Part shown: in pieces, positions 10,152 through 24,300 of the stretch
Position numbering within the stretch: position 1 is the stretch's first letter
Layout: the number at the start of each line of letters is the position of its first letter
Virus record (IMG/VR): IMGVR_UViG_3300032665_001045
Coordinates: 3,519 to 67,518 of that record
DNA length: 64,000 bases
Reading direction: 5' to 3' (one strand)
From: a virus
The notes under the pieces: model-generated
Database searches by the model: none
Told to the model about the DNA's origin: nothing
Seen by the model: only the letters and a program-made list of their open reading frames with translations
Translations under genes and position numbers: made by a program

Positions 10152-11528
10152 TTACGTCGTATATTGGAACCAGAAGTCACCGTTATTACTTCCAATATCG
10201 TTTACACCTGGATTAGGTGCTACGTTACTTACAAATTTAGCACTACCACCCCACCATTGTGTAGAATTTTTAACAAACTGTGTTGTAGCAACTGCTGCAT
10301 TACCTGTACCATTATATGTATCCGGTTGAGTAATTGCAGTAGCACCGTTTAATAAATTTACACCACTAACGCTGGCTGTTAATATTGCTGTATTATCGAT
10401 CGTTAGTGTAGCAGTACCTGCGCCAGTGTCATCAATTTCAAAACCACTATTACCTTGATAGATTTTATTTGTAAAGAATCCAGAATTGTTAATAACAAAC
10501 GCAGTAGTAGCAATTGCTGTATTAGCAGTACCGCCAGGCATAGTAGGTGCAGTAGGAACGCCAGTTAATGCTGTGTTAATAAAACTATTATCAACATACT
10601 GTTTAGTTGCAACTCCCAATGAATAAATTGGATCAGCATTAACATATACATGACCTGTTACACCACTAATATTAAATCCACGTTGTGAACCATATTGCGA
10701 TGAATTTACATACATCGACAAGTTACCACCAGTTACTGAATTAATTAGTTGTGCAATGTTGCCGCTTACTGATAATGTCAATGCACCATTTGTACCCACA
10801 CTAATACCAGTATTATTAACAACAGACAATGTACCAGTACCAGTGTTATTTTGATTATTATACCAAACATTGGCGGCAGGTTGTGTGCCAATATAACTGG
10901 CAACGTTTGCAGTTCCCCAGATTGTGTATGTCGAAGACATATTATAACCTGGTTGTAATGAAGTAAATCCGCTGATACTTGGACTTGGTGTAAATGTACT
11001 ATCTTTACTGATAATTGCTGTTCTGATACCATCTAAATATAATGATACTACATCATGATTATTAGTTCCGTCACTGATAGTTTCCCATATTGCGCCACTT
11101 GCACCATTGTTAGAATTATATGATGGGCCTATTAATACCCATGTACTACCTGAATATGCATAAAATTGATTAGAACTGCTATTGTACCATAAATCACCTG
11201 GTGTTGGGGAACTAGGTGCTGAAGAAGAATATGTTGCTCCTCCTACTGTTTTCCAACCATTGGTAGTACCATCTTTGTTAACACTTAATATATTAGCACT
11301 ACTGTTCCACCAAAGTTGTCCTTTAATTTGATTTACAGGAGCAGTTGTATCGGAGAAGTTTTCTAATAATGCTACTAAGTCATCTGCAATAATCTGCCCG
11401 TAATTAGGATAATTTCTTCCAACTAATGTTAGACTGGTAAATCCACCCGCAGTATTCGGTCCATTAACCTGCCCATCTGGGATAGTACCTAATGTTGTTC
11501 CGTTCGTTGTTGTTATTGTATACGCCAT
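10152..11528 (-). CDS. Baseplate/short-fibre-like protein (paralog)
   Basis: Same N-terminal module; fibre motifs ATKQYVD and TGVPTAPT...IATTAFV. Confidence 0.7.
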   Translation of the reverse strand: MAYTITTTNGTTLGTIPDGQVNGPNTAGGFTSLTLVGRNYPNYGQIIADDLVALLENFSDTTAPVNQIKGQLWWNSSANILSVNKDGTTNGWKTVGGATYSSSAPSSPTPGDLWYNSSSNQFYAYSGSTWVLIGPSYNSNNGASGAIWETISDGTNNHDVVSLYLDGIRTAIISKDSTFTPSPSISGFTSLQPGYNMSSTYTIWGTANVASYIGTQPAANVWYNNQNNTGTGTLSVVNNTGISVGTNGALTLSVSGNIAQLINSVTGGNLSMYVNSSQYGSQRGFNISGVTGHVYVNADPIYSLGVATKQYVDNSFINTALTGVPTAPTMPGGTANTAIATTAFVINNSGFFTNKIYQGNSGFEIDDTGAGTATLTIDNTAILTASVSGVNLLNGATAITQPDTYNGTGNAAVATTQFVKNSTQWWGGSAKFVSNVAPNPGVNDIGSNNGDFWFQYTT

Positions 11529-11541
11529 TTTAATGTCCTAA

Positions 11542-12162
11542 TTATGCATTTGTACTCAAGTTAGTTAGAGTTTGAATTCGCACTGTATAATCGATTTGAA
11601 TAAGTCTGTTCAGTGATTTCTGCACTGGACTAAAAATTACATGTGTTAATAGTGGTAGTCCTACACCTAATCCGCTTACGCCTGATACTGAGCCAAATAA
11701 ACCAAGTTCGTCAAAGGTAAAGGTATCATTTAAATTTTGACTATTATCAAAAACAGCCTGACCGCTTGGTTCGCCATAGTCTAATAAACAACTAACTAGA
11801 ATATCAGTGTAAATTAAACCAGGTGTATGATTAACAGTTATTTTATTATTAATTGGATCTGGGTTAGCGGCATTTGTATCATCGACTATTTTATAATATG
11901 TCGGATTATACAAATCTGCATTTTGTACATTAGTATTTGTTGGCAAATATGTAATAACTCCAGTAGGGTCAACAGTAGTACCGCCATTACCAAAGTGCAT
12001 TTCTGTAATAAAGTTTGTGCTTTTGTTAGCAACATTTTGAGCTAGAGCCAAGCTCATGTTTTCGTAGTGAATAGCATTGCATTTCTCTACATAAGTATGT
12101 TGTGATTCTGGATCATGGATTTTTAAAAACCCAATAATGCTTAAATTTGCTGTTGAATTCAT
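11542..12162 (-). CDS. Virion structural protein (baseplate/fibre attachment-like)
   Basis: FDELGL...LLTHVIFSPVQKSLNR.IQIDYTVRI C-terminus; position in the baseplate block. Confidence 0.65.
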   Translation of the reverse strand: MNSTANLSIIGFLKIHDPESQHTYVEKCNAIHYENMSLALAQNVANKSTNFITEMHFGNGGTTVDPTGVITYLPTNTNVQNADLYNPTYYKIVDDTNAANPDPINNKITVNHTPGLIYTDILVSCLLDYGEPSGQAVFDNSQNLNDTFTFDELGLFGSVSGVSGLGVGLPLLTHVIFSPVQKSLNRLIQIDYTVRIQTLTNLSTNA

Positions 12163-12306
12163 TTATGCTCGCCCGTTTACAAAAACTTCTTTAGTCTTTG
12201 GATCAAATATCTTAATATAACCTTCTACAAGAATGCCAGAATTTTCATCTGGCTTCTTAGTTGGTTGTACTGATTGCTCAGTTTTTTCTTTCGTTTTCAT
12301 ATCCAT
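12163..12306 (-). CDS. 47-aa small protein (not in the ORF track)
   Basis: MDMKTKEKTEQSVQPTKKPDENSGILVEGYIKIFDPKTKEVFVNGRA*; stop abuts the ATG of the next gene; ATAAATA late-promoter motif just upstream. Confidence 0.65.
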   Translation of the reverse strand: MDMKTKEKTEQSVQPTKKPDENSGILVEGYIKIFDPKTKEVFVNGRA

Positions 12307-12346
12307 ATTGTTATTTATTTCAATCATAGCATACCTTTTAGAATGC

Positions 12347-15300
12347 CTAACTTATAGGATATGCTTTTAAGAACAGTGCCGCAGGAGTTGTAGATCCAGT
12401 TAATCCTGTGCCATCTATTGCAGTACTAATACCATGATTATAGAATACATTTGCATAGTTTCGAGTATATGTAACATTTGCTATAAATGTATATGTGTTA
12501 CTAGATGTTGTAGTATCAGTAACATTAACAGTTGGTGTCCAACTATAATTACTTGACCCCACAATGTTTTGGTCAATACCTCCATCAATCACAGATGTTC
12601 CACTTGTGTATAAACTAACAGCTGCGGTACCCTGTGTGCCACGACGTATCTGTCCCAATACATTATTAACAAGATCAATAGTCCAATAAGTTATACGTTC
12701 ACCACCAATAAATACCACCCCAGGTGTATTGTTTGCAATACTTGGCGGTGTTAATGCAGAAGCGTTAACCACTGATATCGTAGTATCAGTTAGTGCTAAA
12801 TTGGCAGATAATGTTGTAGTATATGCAGTAGAAATACGTAGATAACTTGTTTGATTTAACATGTTATTGAATACTCTATATGCAATTACATTAGCCCCAG
12901 AGTTTATCTTAGTGTATATACGCATATCTAATGTATCAAATACAATACCCGGAACAAGTTCTTCTGGTGCATGACTTGCATACTGGTCAACATACGCACC
13001 GCCATCAACGTTAATATCTTCTGCACGTGTTCCTAATGCTGCATCAGTGAACTGGCTTTGAATAATAGTGTCTAGGCTGGCTTGGCTTAGTATAGGACTA
13101 CCATTGTCATCGTAATCGATATTGTCTAGAATTCCGCCAAATAATGATCCGTAATTTGGATTTAAATCAAAGTCTGCACCTAGCACCTGTACTCCCGGAT
13201 AATCAACTCCCGGTACTAATTGTGTCAGATCTCTTGCTGGCATAGATGCACTCGGTTGATAGTAACCAATAATACGATCATTTGCATTACTAAATGAATT
13301 AGCTGACAATACAGTGTAATCCAATGGATTAAATATTGCACCAGTTGTTATATCTTCTGTAACTTGATATGCTGATCTAATAGATGTATTACCTTCAGAT
13401 GATGCATAGCTAACAATAGTACCTGCGGTATATGCTGTATTAGGTTGCCAATCTTGCACAGTACTTGAATATGTAATACGATCAAATTTAATAGTAGTAT
13501 CAAAACTTCTAACTTGATAATTTTTTAATGTAGCGTATGCAGTTGCAGCAATGTTAGCTGAACCATTAATAATTATCGTAGGAGTTGTAACATATCCGCT
13601 ACCTGGTGTAATAACATTAATTGCTGTTATTTCTCCTGTATTACCGTCGATGTAACAATTTGCAGTTGCTCCACCAGCGGTAGCACCACCGCCTACGATA
13701 GTAATCGATGGTGGTGTAGTGTATCCATATCCTGGATTTTCTATTAAGATGCTATCAACTTGAAGAGTTCTATTTTGATACCATTGGTTGTATGGGAATG
13801 TTTGCCATGTTGCTTCATCTTCGGCCGTATACGGATACTCTCCACTCGGACTACGGAAAATACTTGTAATAGTTGAAGTATCGTAATAGGAAGGTAAATC
13901 AAAATCTGTGATGCTGCCGTTAAATGTGTCAGATCCACTGTAATTAATTAAATATTCACGAACTTTAGTTCTATAAGGCTTAACTTCGTCGATATAGTCT
14001 TGATAATACGTTTGATTATCTGGTGTATAGCTCGGGAATTGACTTAGTGTTCTAAGCTGATGAACTACACTAATAAAACTAGATTTAAATAACCAATCAA
14101 CGTATGTTTGTTCAGTTAATAAGTAGTTAATTAATATAAAGAATAAATTGTTAAAATTTCCCTCTAATTGGTTAATAAAAATTGTATCCTTAATTGCAGT
14201 TACAATTGAGCGAATTTCAATATTCGGATTTTGGTCGTATCTATTAGTTGAAAATCCTTGATTTCCAAAACCGATTTCATTATTAGCAAAATCGCTAAGT
14301 GAACTATCTAATTGTATTGTACCATTTTGAATGCCCACAGTGGTAAATGTAGGAGCCGTACTTTCAACTAATAATAAAATCCAACCACCACGATCAGAGT
14401 TATTAACTTTAACAATATCACCAATGGCCAATGATAATTTTAATGCATCAACTTGAGTAGAAACTGAATATGTTGGCTTAGTACCCGATGAATAACCAGT
14501 TGCATACCAATCAATATAACTCCAATATAAACTATTTTTATAAGATTGAACTTGGTAAATTCCCCATGTTAAATCTTCTTGTAATTGATACAATACCCAC
14601 AATCCATCTTGTGTACTATCGTTTAGTACTAATACAACGTATCCAGGAGTTAATCCATTAACATTAATATAAGCCAATTCAGCATCTGTATCAATACTTA
14701 AATCATAGGCATTTAATTTTGCATTAGGTACTGGTTCTTGATCATTTAATGCTGTTAAATTAAATTCTTCCGTAATTGGATTAATAACAAATATACTATT
14801 AACATACGCAATTAATTCCGACAATGCAGTTAATCTATCCACAAACATGCTTTGTCTTGGACGTATACTAATACCATAACTATTTGCCAAACTTAATCCT
14901 GGATCAGGAACTGCAGCACCCTGATTATCAATGCCAGCTAAGCTGTCTATTAATTTATTAACAACTCTATCTGGAATTATTCCGTTTGGTTTTCCTTTTT
15001 GTACTAATTGATACTCGCTGTGAATAATATTTGTATTAATCAACAATTGATAATCTAAATGCAAAATAGTATTTTTAGCTGATAAGTATGATCCAACGTT
15101 GTATAAGATAATTGCACTATTTTGTATCACAGCCGCATAAGCAATACCTTGATTTTTAGGATTTAAAATTATATCCTGTATAGATGTAGTTGGTATGCTT
15201 CTTTCAGTGTTGTTAGGATCTACAGTAGTTTTACCCGTTACCCAGAAATAATAAACACTGCCGATAATATCAGTAATAGGATCTACAGTAATAATTTCAA

Positions 15301-18300
15301 CGTATGCGCTATCATCTGCATACTTAGGAACTCCATCACCACCATTAGCCACATATTTGCTTGGCAATACTGAACTTTGTACCCATTCATTAATTTCTAT
15401 AACAGATCCCGGAAATAAATTACCCCAGTTAATGCTACGATATGTTAAGGTATCTTGCTCATAATCAATATAACGAACTTGACTTAAGTTCCACCATACT
15501 TTACCAACTTGCATCGTACCCCAATAAACATTAGTATTGATATCAGCAGCCGGATTAGATCCTCTATTATAAATAGCCGGATCATATTCTGTTTTGAAAC
15601 TAATTTCTTGTTCAGCTTGTCCTAAGATTTTACCTTTAGCAGGGTCAATAAATTGTAAGTTTTCAAGAATTTGATTAGATAAACTGTTATATAAATAAAT
15701 TCTACTAATACTATCAACGTCAACTTTATCTTGTTGATATCTAATTAAATTCCATCCTCTTTCTAATGTTGGGTTTTGGAACACGTAAATTGTTCCTGTA
15801 CCTGTAGGCTCACCATTTACTGTTGAACCGGGTGCTGTCACAGTAATGTATTGTCCTTCGATATCTAATGCATATCCAAATTCTGCACCTGGAACTAAAC
15901 TACCTGGATTTAGTTGTTGTGCAAATTGATAACGACCTGGATGTTCTACAACATTACGAGGATCATCGTACAATTCATAAATGTAAACACTACCGCTAGA
16001 CGGAATAGCATCAAGCCATCTAGTAGAATGATGATCGAAAATTGTACCAGAGGCTGTTGTTAACACATCATATGTAGTATCTGCCTTAGTAGTTCCTCTA
16101 CCGCTACCGATTACTAACATGTAGGCACTGCTTGCTAATTTAACTTTGCTACCAAAAAATTCACCAGACATTCCGTACGGATTAATAATAATTTGCATAA
16201 ATGCAAATACACGCAAGTCGGCATCTACATATACTCCCGGACTACCTGGTTGACGAACTCCTGATACTATACGCAATTGATCTTTAAATACAGTAACATC
16301 TGAGTTCAATCTTAAATAACCACCTTGATTTACTGCACTAATACCTAGAATATCTGCGTCATTAATATTTGTTACTAGGTCATTTAATGAAGCAACATTA
16401 GAACTTGGTGTACTTATGTTAGCTACAGTAACTTCAAAATTGTTTAAACGAATTGTATCACCTGTAGTAAATACAGGATTTAATTGATATCCAGTATTAG
16501 TACCGTATAATCTTCCACGATTATGGAATTTCCAAACTGCACCGCTATTATGTTCTAATCCGTTGCTGTAATAAGGAGCACCAACATAAATTGCACAGTT
16601 ATTTGAACAGATTGTTAGGCTTGTGCCAAATGCAGCATTAGCTTGAATAGCTTGTAGGCCGCCTTGTAAACTATCAACTCCGACTAATTGTTCTAGTAAA
16701 TTAAATTGGTTTACTTCAATATATAATATATGGCCTACCGGTGGTGGACTAACAAATGTAATTGTATTTGCACTAGATACAAAATAATCATTAACTTCAA
16801 TTCCATCAAGTGTTACTTTATATATATTAGCAATCGTATTCTTAGTAGTGTATACTTGAGCGCCAGTCGTGTTAAATGCTTCGATTACACGATCATATAC
16901 CCAGACACTACCTGCACCTGGCTGATTTATGCCGTTTGCGTCTGTTACTGTATCGCCTGGAGCGCCAACTGCCATTTGTGCGCCATCAAAACTACTTGAC
17001 AATGCATAGCCGAATTGACTGTTAACATTGCTTGTAGGAATTGTTAACGTTGTTACTAATGAATAATACGGTTGTTGAACGATTGTGATATCACTGGCTG
17101 ATAGAAGTGCTGTAAAATATACAATTTTTCCTGATAATGTATAGTCAATATTAGGAATAAATGTTCTGCTATTACTTGTAATCAACAATGAAGTTGCATC
17201 ATTAGTAGCATATGGCGTAAATGGCAATGTTAATGCCGCTGTTGATGATGGTACAGAAATTATTGTACTTTGCACAGGAACAAAACGATTTAAACCGTAC
17301 GCATATACTTTATTATTATTAGGAGCACCTACAAACATCCATTCACCGTCTTGGTTAAATGCAATACTGCTACCAAATGCATCGTTTGTTGATGCTACAT
17401 TACCAACAATAACCTGTGCCTTAGCAAATTTATATGCCGCACTTGGTTTATTGTATATGTAAACATACCCAAGATTATTATAACTGCTCGGAGCACCTAC
17501 AGCAAGAATAGTATTGTTTAATGCATCTTGAGCTAGATCAACTGTAGTACCAAAACCAGAAGTCGGAGTTATAACATTGCCTGCATCTGGAATTAAACTT
17601 AAGTTTTCGTTATAGTTTCCTTGATAATCTTTAAGGAATGTATTAACTATACCAGTATTTCCACTTGTTGGGCTACCAGATACAATCACCATATTATCTG
17701 CACTCATCTTAACGCTAGAACCAAATCCATCGTTAGAAAAGTATTCATTAGTATTCTTTGTTAATGGTTGTTGTAATGTCCATGGATGGGCTTTTTCATA
17801 TACTTTCCACGTTCCACTAACTGTAGTAAATGGTTGTCCTTGTGTAGATGTAGTGGCTGCATCATCGTCAATCCAAATCTTTTCACCAACTTGCCATCCA
17901 TTAGGAGGATTAGTTAATCCAAATATACGTGCATCTTCCATGTATGTAAAACGTAAACTGTCTAATACCAATAACAGGCCAGATCCACTTAATGTTGTTA
18001 ATTTGCTGGTATCACCGCTGTAGGCAACCATAACATTATAATCATCAACAATTTTATAAACTTGATAGAAACCATCAAATGCAGAATTAAAATTCTGAAC
18101 AATGAATACCTGTGTTAAAGTTAATTGGTGCGGAGAAGATGTTGTAAATGTAACATATCCGTTTAATGAATTACTTACAGTTGTTATACCATTATTAGTT
18201 TCAGTAACACGATAAACGTTCCAATTCTGTGTAAAATCTTTGGCTACCCAGATGCGATATCCACTACCCATTTGGCTAATGTTGTTATCTAAATCTTGAT

Positions 18301-21300
18301 AGTTAGCAAGATCAAATATAGTTAAATCAACATCATTAATATTAACATAACCGGCAGTAGGAATATCATTATCATAATTACTATGCGAAGTTCTACTTAA
18401 TGCAATATTACCAGTATAACTACCTTCCGATTTATACAATTGGTTTGAATTAAAAATAGTAATACCATTACCGGTATTATTATTAATTCCTGCAACAAAT
18501 TGTGCAATTGAAGGATTTACACCAAATGCTTTTTCGTCTAACGGAATTTCTATATACGGGTTACTATCAAGAGCACCGTACTCGCCAACACGCATTGCCC
18601 ATTCTTCGTAGAATGCTATTTCACTACTTAAATTATCAAATGTAGCAGTAAGCATTTGGTTAACTGCATTGGCAGAACCTTTTTGTGCAATAAAACCTTT
18701 ATAAAACTCAATTTGAGTAGTTTCACTTAGACCTAAATCACTTAAATATTGTCTTGGTTTAAAACCGATCAATGCATGACTATATTCTATTTGATCTTTA
18801 TCTTTAATCTCGCCATAACTATCATAGTATGATTGTGATTCAACTGCTAATGTTGCAAAGTTAGGCAAAAGACCTGTTTGTATTTGCGTGCGATTAAGTT
18901 GTTGCCAGAATTGAAATTGGAATTCTGGATTAGCAATAATATTTTGCAATGCAGTATAATATTGATTTTTATATTGAACTATATCACCTTTAAGATAATC
19001 AGTTCCTTGATCCCATATATCAATTTCTCCACTGCTATAAATGAATCCCGGTGCACTTAAACTACCGTTCCATAAAGCAGTTTTTTGTCCAATTAATTTT
19101 AAACGATATTGTCTATTACCAGTTTCTGGTTGATAGATAACATCGTTAAACACTGTTGTGTTATCAAATACTAATACATGCTCGTATTGGACTAGATTAA
19201 TTTCAACATACCCAATTACACTGGCACTATCATTTAACGTTAATTTAAATGTATTTGGACTACGCAGTACGTCATAATTATTATTCTTAACAAGACCGAA
19301 GTTTTGGTCTAAAACCTTGCTTCCGTATTGGCTATCTTCGATGCCGTCAGTAATTGCACTAATACTAATAGCATTTAACACATTAGCTACAGGACTCAAT
19401 ACAATAATACTACCATTTGACCAACCCTGTTGTGTCCAGAATAAAAATTCTTTAGAACTTAGTGTCCAATTACGTATTTCTCCTAATTGCGGATCCGAAT
19501 CGGTAAATGTAAATCCTTGTGCAATTAAATAACGTTCATAACTAATAAGGAAATCTACAACCTGTTGTTGTGTTGTAAATTCATATCCATAAGGCACAGT
19601 TAATTTTAAATTTTGATAATCTTTGAAAACCGTTGCAGTGTTGTTTAATACTGAAATTCCAACAGCATTAGAATTAATTTCACTAGGAATAATTGTAAAG
19701 TACGGATCATTTAGATTGTATCCGCGAATACTATAACCATTTTCAGTTTTTTCAACAATTACAGCACTATATGTTAATGTCTGTATAGGTGTTGATTTGT
19801 ATAGATATACACTGTAGTTTTCATTAGGTACCACAATACTATTACTGGTACTTGCTGGACTTACTTGTTCAGCTAATACTTGTAAATATTTTTGGTCAGT
19901 GAATCCACCTGCTTTATATGCTAATTCAACTTTATAATTTTGCAATAAAGGTGTGATATAACTTGCAGGATTAATTCCTTGACTGGTTAAATAATCTGCA
20001 ATCCAGTTTATATAACCTGCACCACGATATGGTGTGCCTGATGTTGTATCACCATTAAAATCTACATCAAATTGAGTTAGATGTTGATTTGTATTAGAAG
20101 TTAGATATTGACCTATTGTGTAGTTATATGTATAATTGTAAGTATCTGCCAACAAGCCAAAGAATCTGCCAGGTTTAGCTACAGCTAATGCTAATTGAAC
20201 AGCATAAGGAAAATCACTACTATTACGCCAAGCATATTCTACAGGCCCATATTGACCCACTGACCACGAATTACCTGCTTTAATTGAGTTAAATGATGCC
20301 GTTAATATTGCTGCCGGACTTAATAAATTGCCATTATCATCTACAGGAATAATTTGGCTTAGTCCTGTACGCACATAGTTTGAATCAATACCTTGACGCG
20401 GGCCGAATCTAATCATTCCTGCTTCTAAGTCGTCCCATAATAATTTATTACCGCCTGTGTAAGGTGCAGGACCATAAAACTCTACCCACCAGCTTGGCAT
20501 TGCTGTGAATCCTAGCATCTCCCACGGCGTTAGATGCGGACGGAATGTATCGTAGAAGTATTGATAACATGCTCTCCAGCTACCCGGTAATCGTTCTCCG
20601 TTAATACGGTCAACAAAATTACTATAATTCCATGTAAATGCATCACTGCTATCAAATGTTTCATTAGTAGAGAAATCTAATTTATTGTTTCCTAACCAGT
20701 GTAGGAAACTTTGCGATACAATCTGAGTAGTTTCAGCTAATGCATAGTCAGTTGTTCTAAATTTGCCAGGAATTACTGATAAAATATCTTCATATGTGCC
20801 TACGTCAGGTAGTTTAATATTATTGTAGATACGTAATTCAAGTTCTAATAAGAAACTATCGCGATAGTCGTTAAATGCAGGAGTAATACTACCGTCATGG
20901 CCACGAATAACATTGATACCTTGTATGTTAGTTGTCGGATCAACGTATCTATATGTGTCATCTAGAAACATTTCAGGAATAAATTTTGGCCATAATCCTA
21001 ATTTAGTAGGTGTTTCTGGAACAAATGCACCATCAGTATTTGCGTATTCTACTATGGTAATTACATCGCCAACATTAAAATTAGTTAACCAAACTTGATT
21101 TACAATATCATAAAACGTCACAGAAGGTCTGTCAGTTCTAAAATTAAAATCAATACCAACAACTAATTGTTCACCATTTAAGTAAACTAACACAGCAAGA
21201 TTGCTTAGTTGTTGGTTATTGAAAATAGTCGTAAGTTCGTAATCAGTGGTTAACGGATCAAATACTGTATAAGTTAATGTATTTTTCAATGTACCATACG

Positions 21301-24300
21301 GTACCATATCACTGTAATACCACGGAAATGATTTATTTTTAATACTGTTAATTGTTGTTAAAATTAAATCAACACTAGATACTGGATCATTTGGATCAAT
21401 ACCATTTAATGACGCACTCAAGTTTAAAAATTTATTTTTAAATTTAGTATATTCTTGTTGCGCATATCTAGTAGCATCAATAAAGTTAGCGGTATTATCC
21501 AATAAAAATATTGCGCTATGCGGTACTGGGGCACTATTTTGTAAAATTGTGCCACCTTGTGAATTAATTTCGATATCTCGAAGATTGCTAGATCCCAATA
21601 CATTGCCGACTACCGTTGTACTATTTTGTGCCAGTGCAACTAAGTGGTTTCTTATTTGACCTAAAGTCATTGTTGATATATCAGTATTTTGTGCATTTAA
21701 TTCTAAGTTAGTAGGAATTTGATAAGATCCTATTTTACTTACTTCAGAACTATAAACTAATATATCGATTTTATCGCCTTCGTCCGGTACTGAAATTACT
21801 CTAATATCAATGTTTGCACCAGCATCTGGTGCAGTAGCAAATAATATAGTTGACCCAGAAACACCAAATTGTAATGGTGTTTGGACAATATTATCAACAA
21901 TAACTACAACACCATTAACAGTATTGCCGTTAGTAACAGTAAATGTTTTAGTTACGCCGTCACCAGTAAATGTTTGATCAATAGTCAAACGCACACTATT
22001 ACCGATATATAGCCATTGTGATTGTTCTAAGTATGTGTAGTTATGATAAACTTTTAGATACGGAATAGATGCTTGTGTATCTGGTGTAACATCAATCGGA
22101 AATACACTATTAATGCCATTAGCGATATATCCAATTAACTGATATTGTTTTGTATATTCTACAACAGTTTGCCATGTATTTCTAGGCTCTAACGTATTAG
22201 CATCAACTATTGTTTGTAAAAATCCCGACGAAACATCCATAGTAGTCACTAATGAATCTACATAATTAAATGTATCTGTACTAAAATAAGTTTGAAATTC
22301 CATCTCACCTTGAGTTGTTAAATTTCTATAACTTAATGGAAATCCTAATACAGGATCATTAACACCGGCACTAGATTTTAAATATCCAAATAATTGCGTT
22401 CCAGCAAATGTACTTCTGTTATATGTAGAAAAACTTTTACCAGTTGAATCAAATACATCAAATAATGGCGGTTGTTGTAGTCCAGTTTTTTGTTGACTAT
22501 CATTCCAATTTACACCATCATACCACCACTGGCTACCTGCATATTTGCCCTGTAATACTACTAATGTATCGTATGCTGATGCAACTCCATCATCAGCTAA
22601 TGTTAAGTCGATATATTGAGTACCTGTTGGTAATCCATTTTCATCAACTTGGTATTGAACTAGATTAACTACATAAATTCTATTTTTAACCAACGGATCA
22701 ATGTCATTAGCAAATAATACTCGAAGGCCATCAGTTACTGTAATACCAAATGCTTCTGTTAACGGTTGTCCTTGTAATTGCGTAAAGGCATCCAATGTAG
22801 TAGTATCTAAAATGTCAATTGGTTGCTTACCGATGCGCCCATAATTTAATAATAAGATGTCAGGATTAAACTGTATAATAGGACGAGTTGCACGTAAAGA
22901 TTGATCAAATACCGGAACTGTGTTATTATATGCTGCTGTATCAGTAATAACCTGTCTATGAAACCAGCGATTATTGCGTGACCATGCATTAAGATCAACA
23001 CTACTACGATTAATAGTAATATAATCAGGAAATATTTCGTCCGGATAATTTAATGCCAATTCATTATGGTATGCTTCTGGAGTTACTAATAGATTTACAT
23101 CTACTAAACGAATACCGTTAGCTGATCCTACTTCTTCAACATAATATTGATTATTTTGATATGTTGAAGGAGTCACGTCAGTGCCAAATTGAATTTTTAG
23201 ACCTGTAGTAAATTGTACTCCATTAGGGCTGGTATAATTTAATTTACCTAAAATATCGTTTTCGACATCAATTGACCAATTACTAAATTCTACTAATTTA
23301 ATCGAATCGTTAATATCAGAATTTATACCATCTTGTATGTACAAAACATTTGCACTTGCTGTAATTAATGGTACTTGGTGAAAGAACCCATCATAATCTT
23401 TATAAAAATCTTTATTTGCATTTACAAGTCCGTAGCGAACATAAACCTTTTGGTTAACCGCTACATCTTGAATATATACTAATCTAATTAGTTTGTCAGT
23501 TACTCCAGGAACCGTTACAAGTTTTACTTGCCAAATTCCATATTGTTCAGAATCCGGAACTACTGTGCCTGCGTCATATCCTGGAATAGTAGCCTGTGTT
23601 ATTGGATCAATAACAGCAGGAGCAGTCCAAATATTTTGTTGATTTTCTAATAACCCTTGATTTGCAAATATTAAATATTTTCCATCTAAGGTGCCTGTGA
23701 TACCACCGTATTGTGGGAATGCCGCAAGGAATTGACTTATAAATTGGTTTTCTAAATCTGAATATGCTAATGGAGTTGCATAATCTACATTATATATTGT
23801 AGGCATAGACAAATATACATCTTGTGCCGTTGATTGTGGTACTTGAAACGTGATAACACCAGAGTCGGTGCCGTTGTTTGTTACACCTAATACATCACGT
23901 GAACTAATAGTAGGAGTTGCAGATAACACTCCGCTGGTTCCTAATTGAGATTGAATCCAAAAAGGATACCCAGGTTGGTTGACTACAAAAGTATATGTAC
24001 CACCACGTGCAAATGTTAATGAGTTATCAACTTCTCCTTCGGATGTAAACACATATTGGTTATTGGTTGTATCACGTGTTACTACCCAGGTTTTTGTTAA
24101 TTCAATGCCTGTGGTATCGACCATTACAGGATCAGGTCCATTAGGTAACCAATAGTATTGGCTGAAGTTAACAAACTTATCAAAACTAATTAATGGGTCA
24201 AAACTATAATATTCACTATCAAATAGTCTACTATGATTATTAACAATACCACCGTAATATTTGATTTTATTTAATAGATCAGGATAGCTACTAAAGAAAG

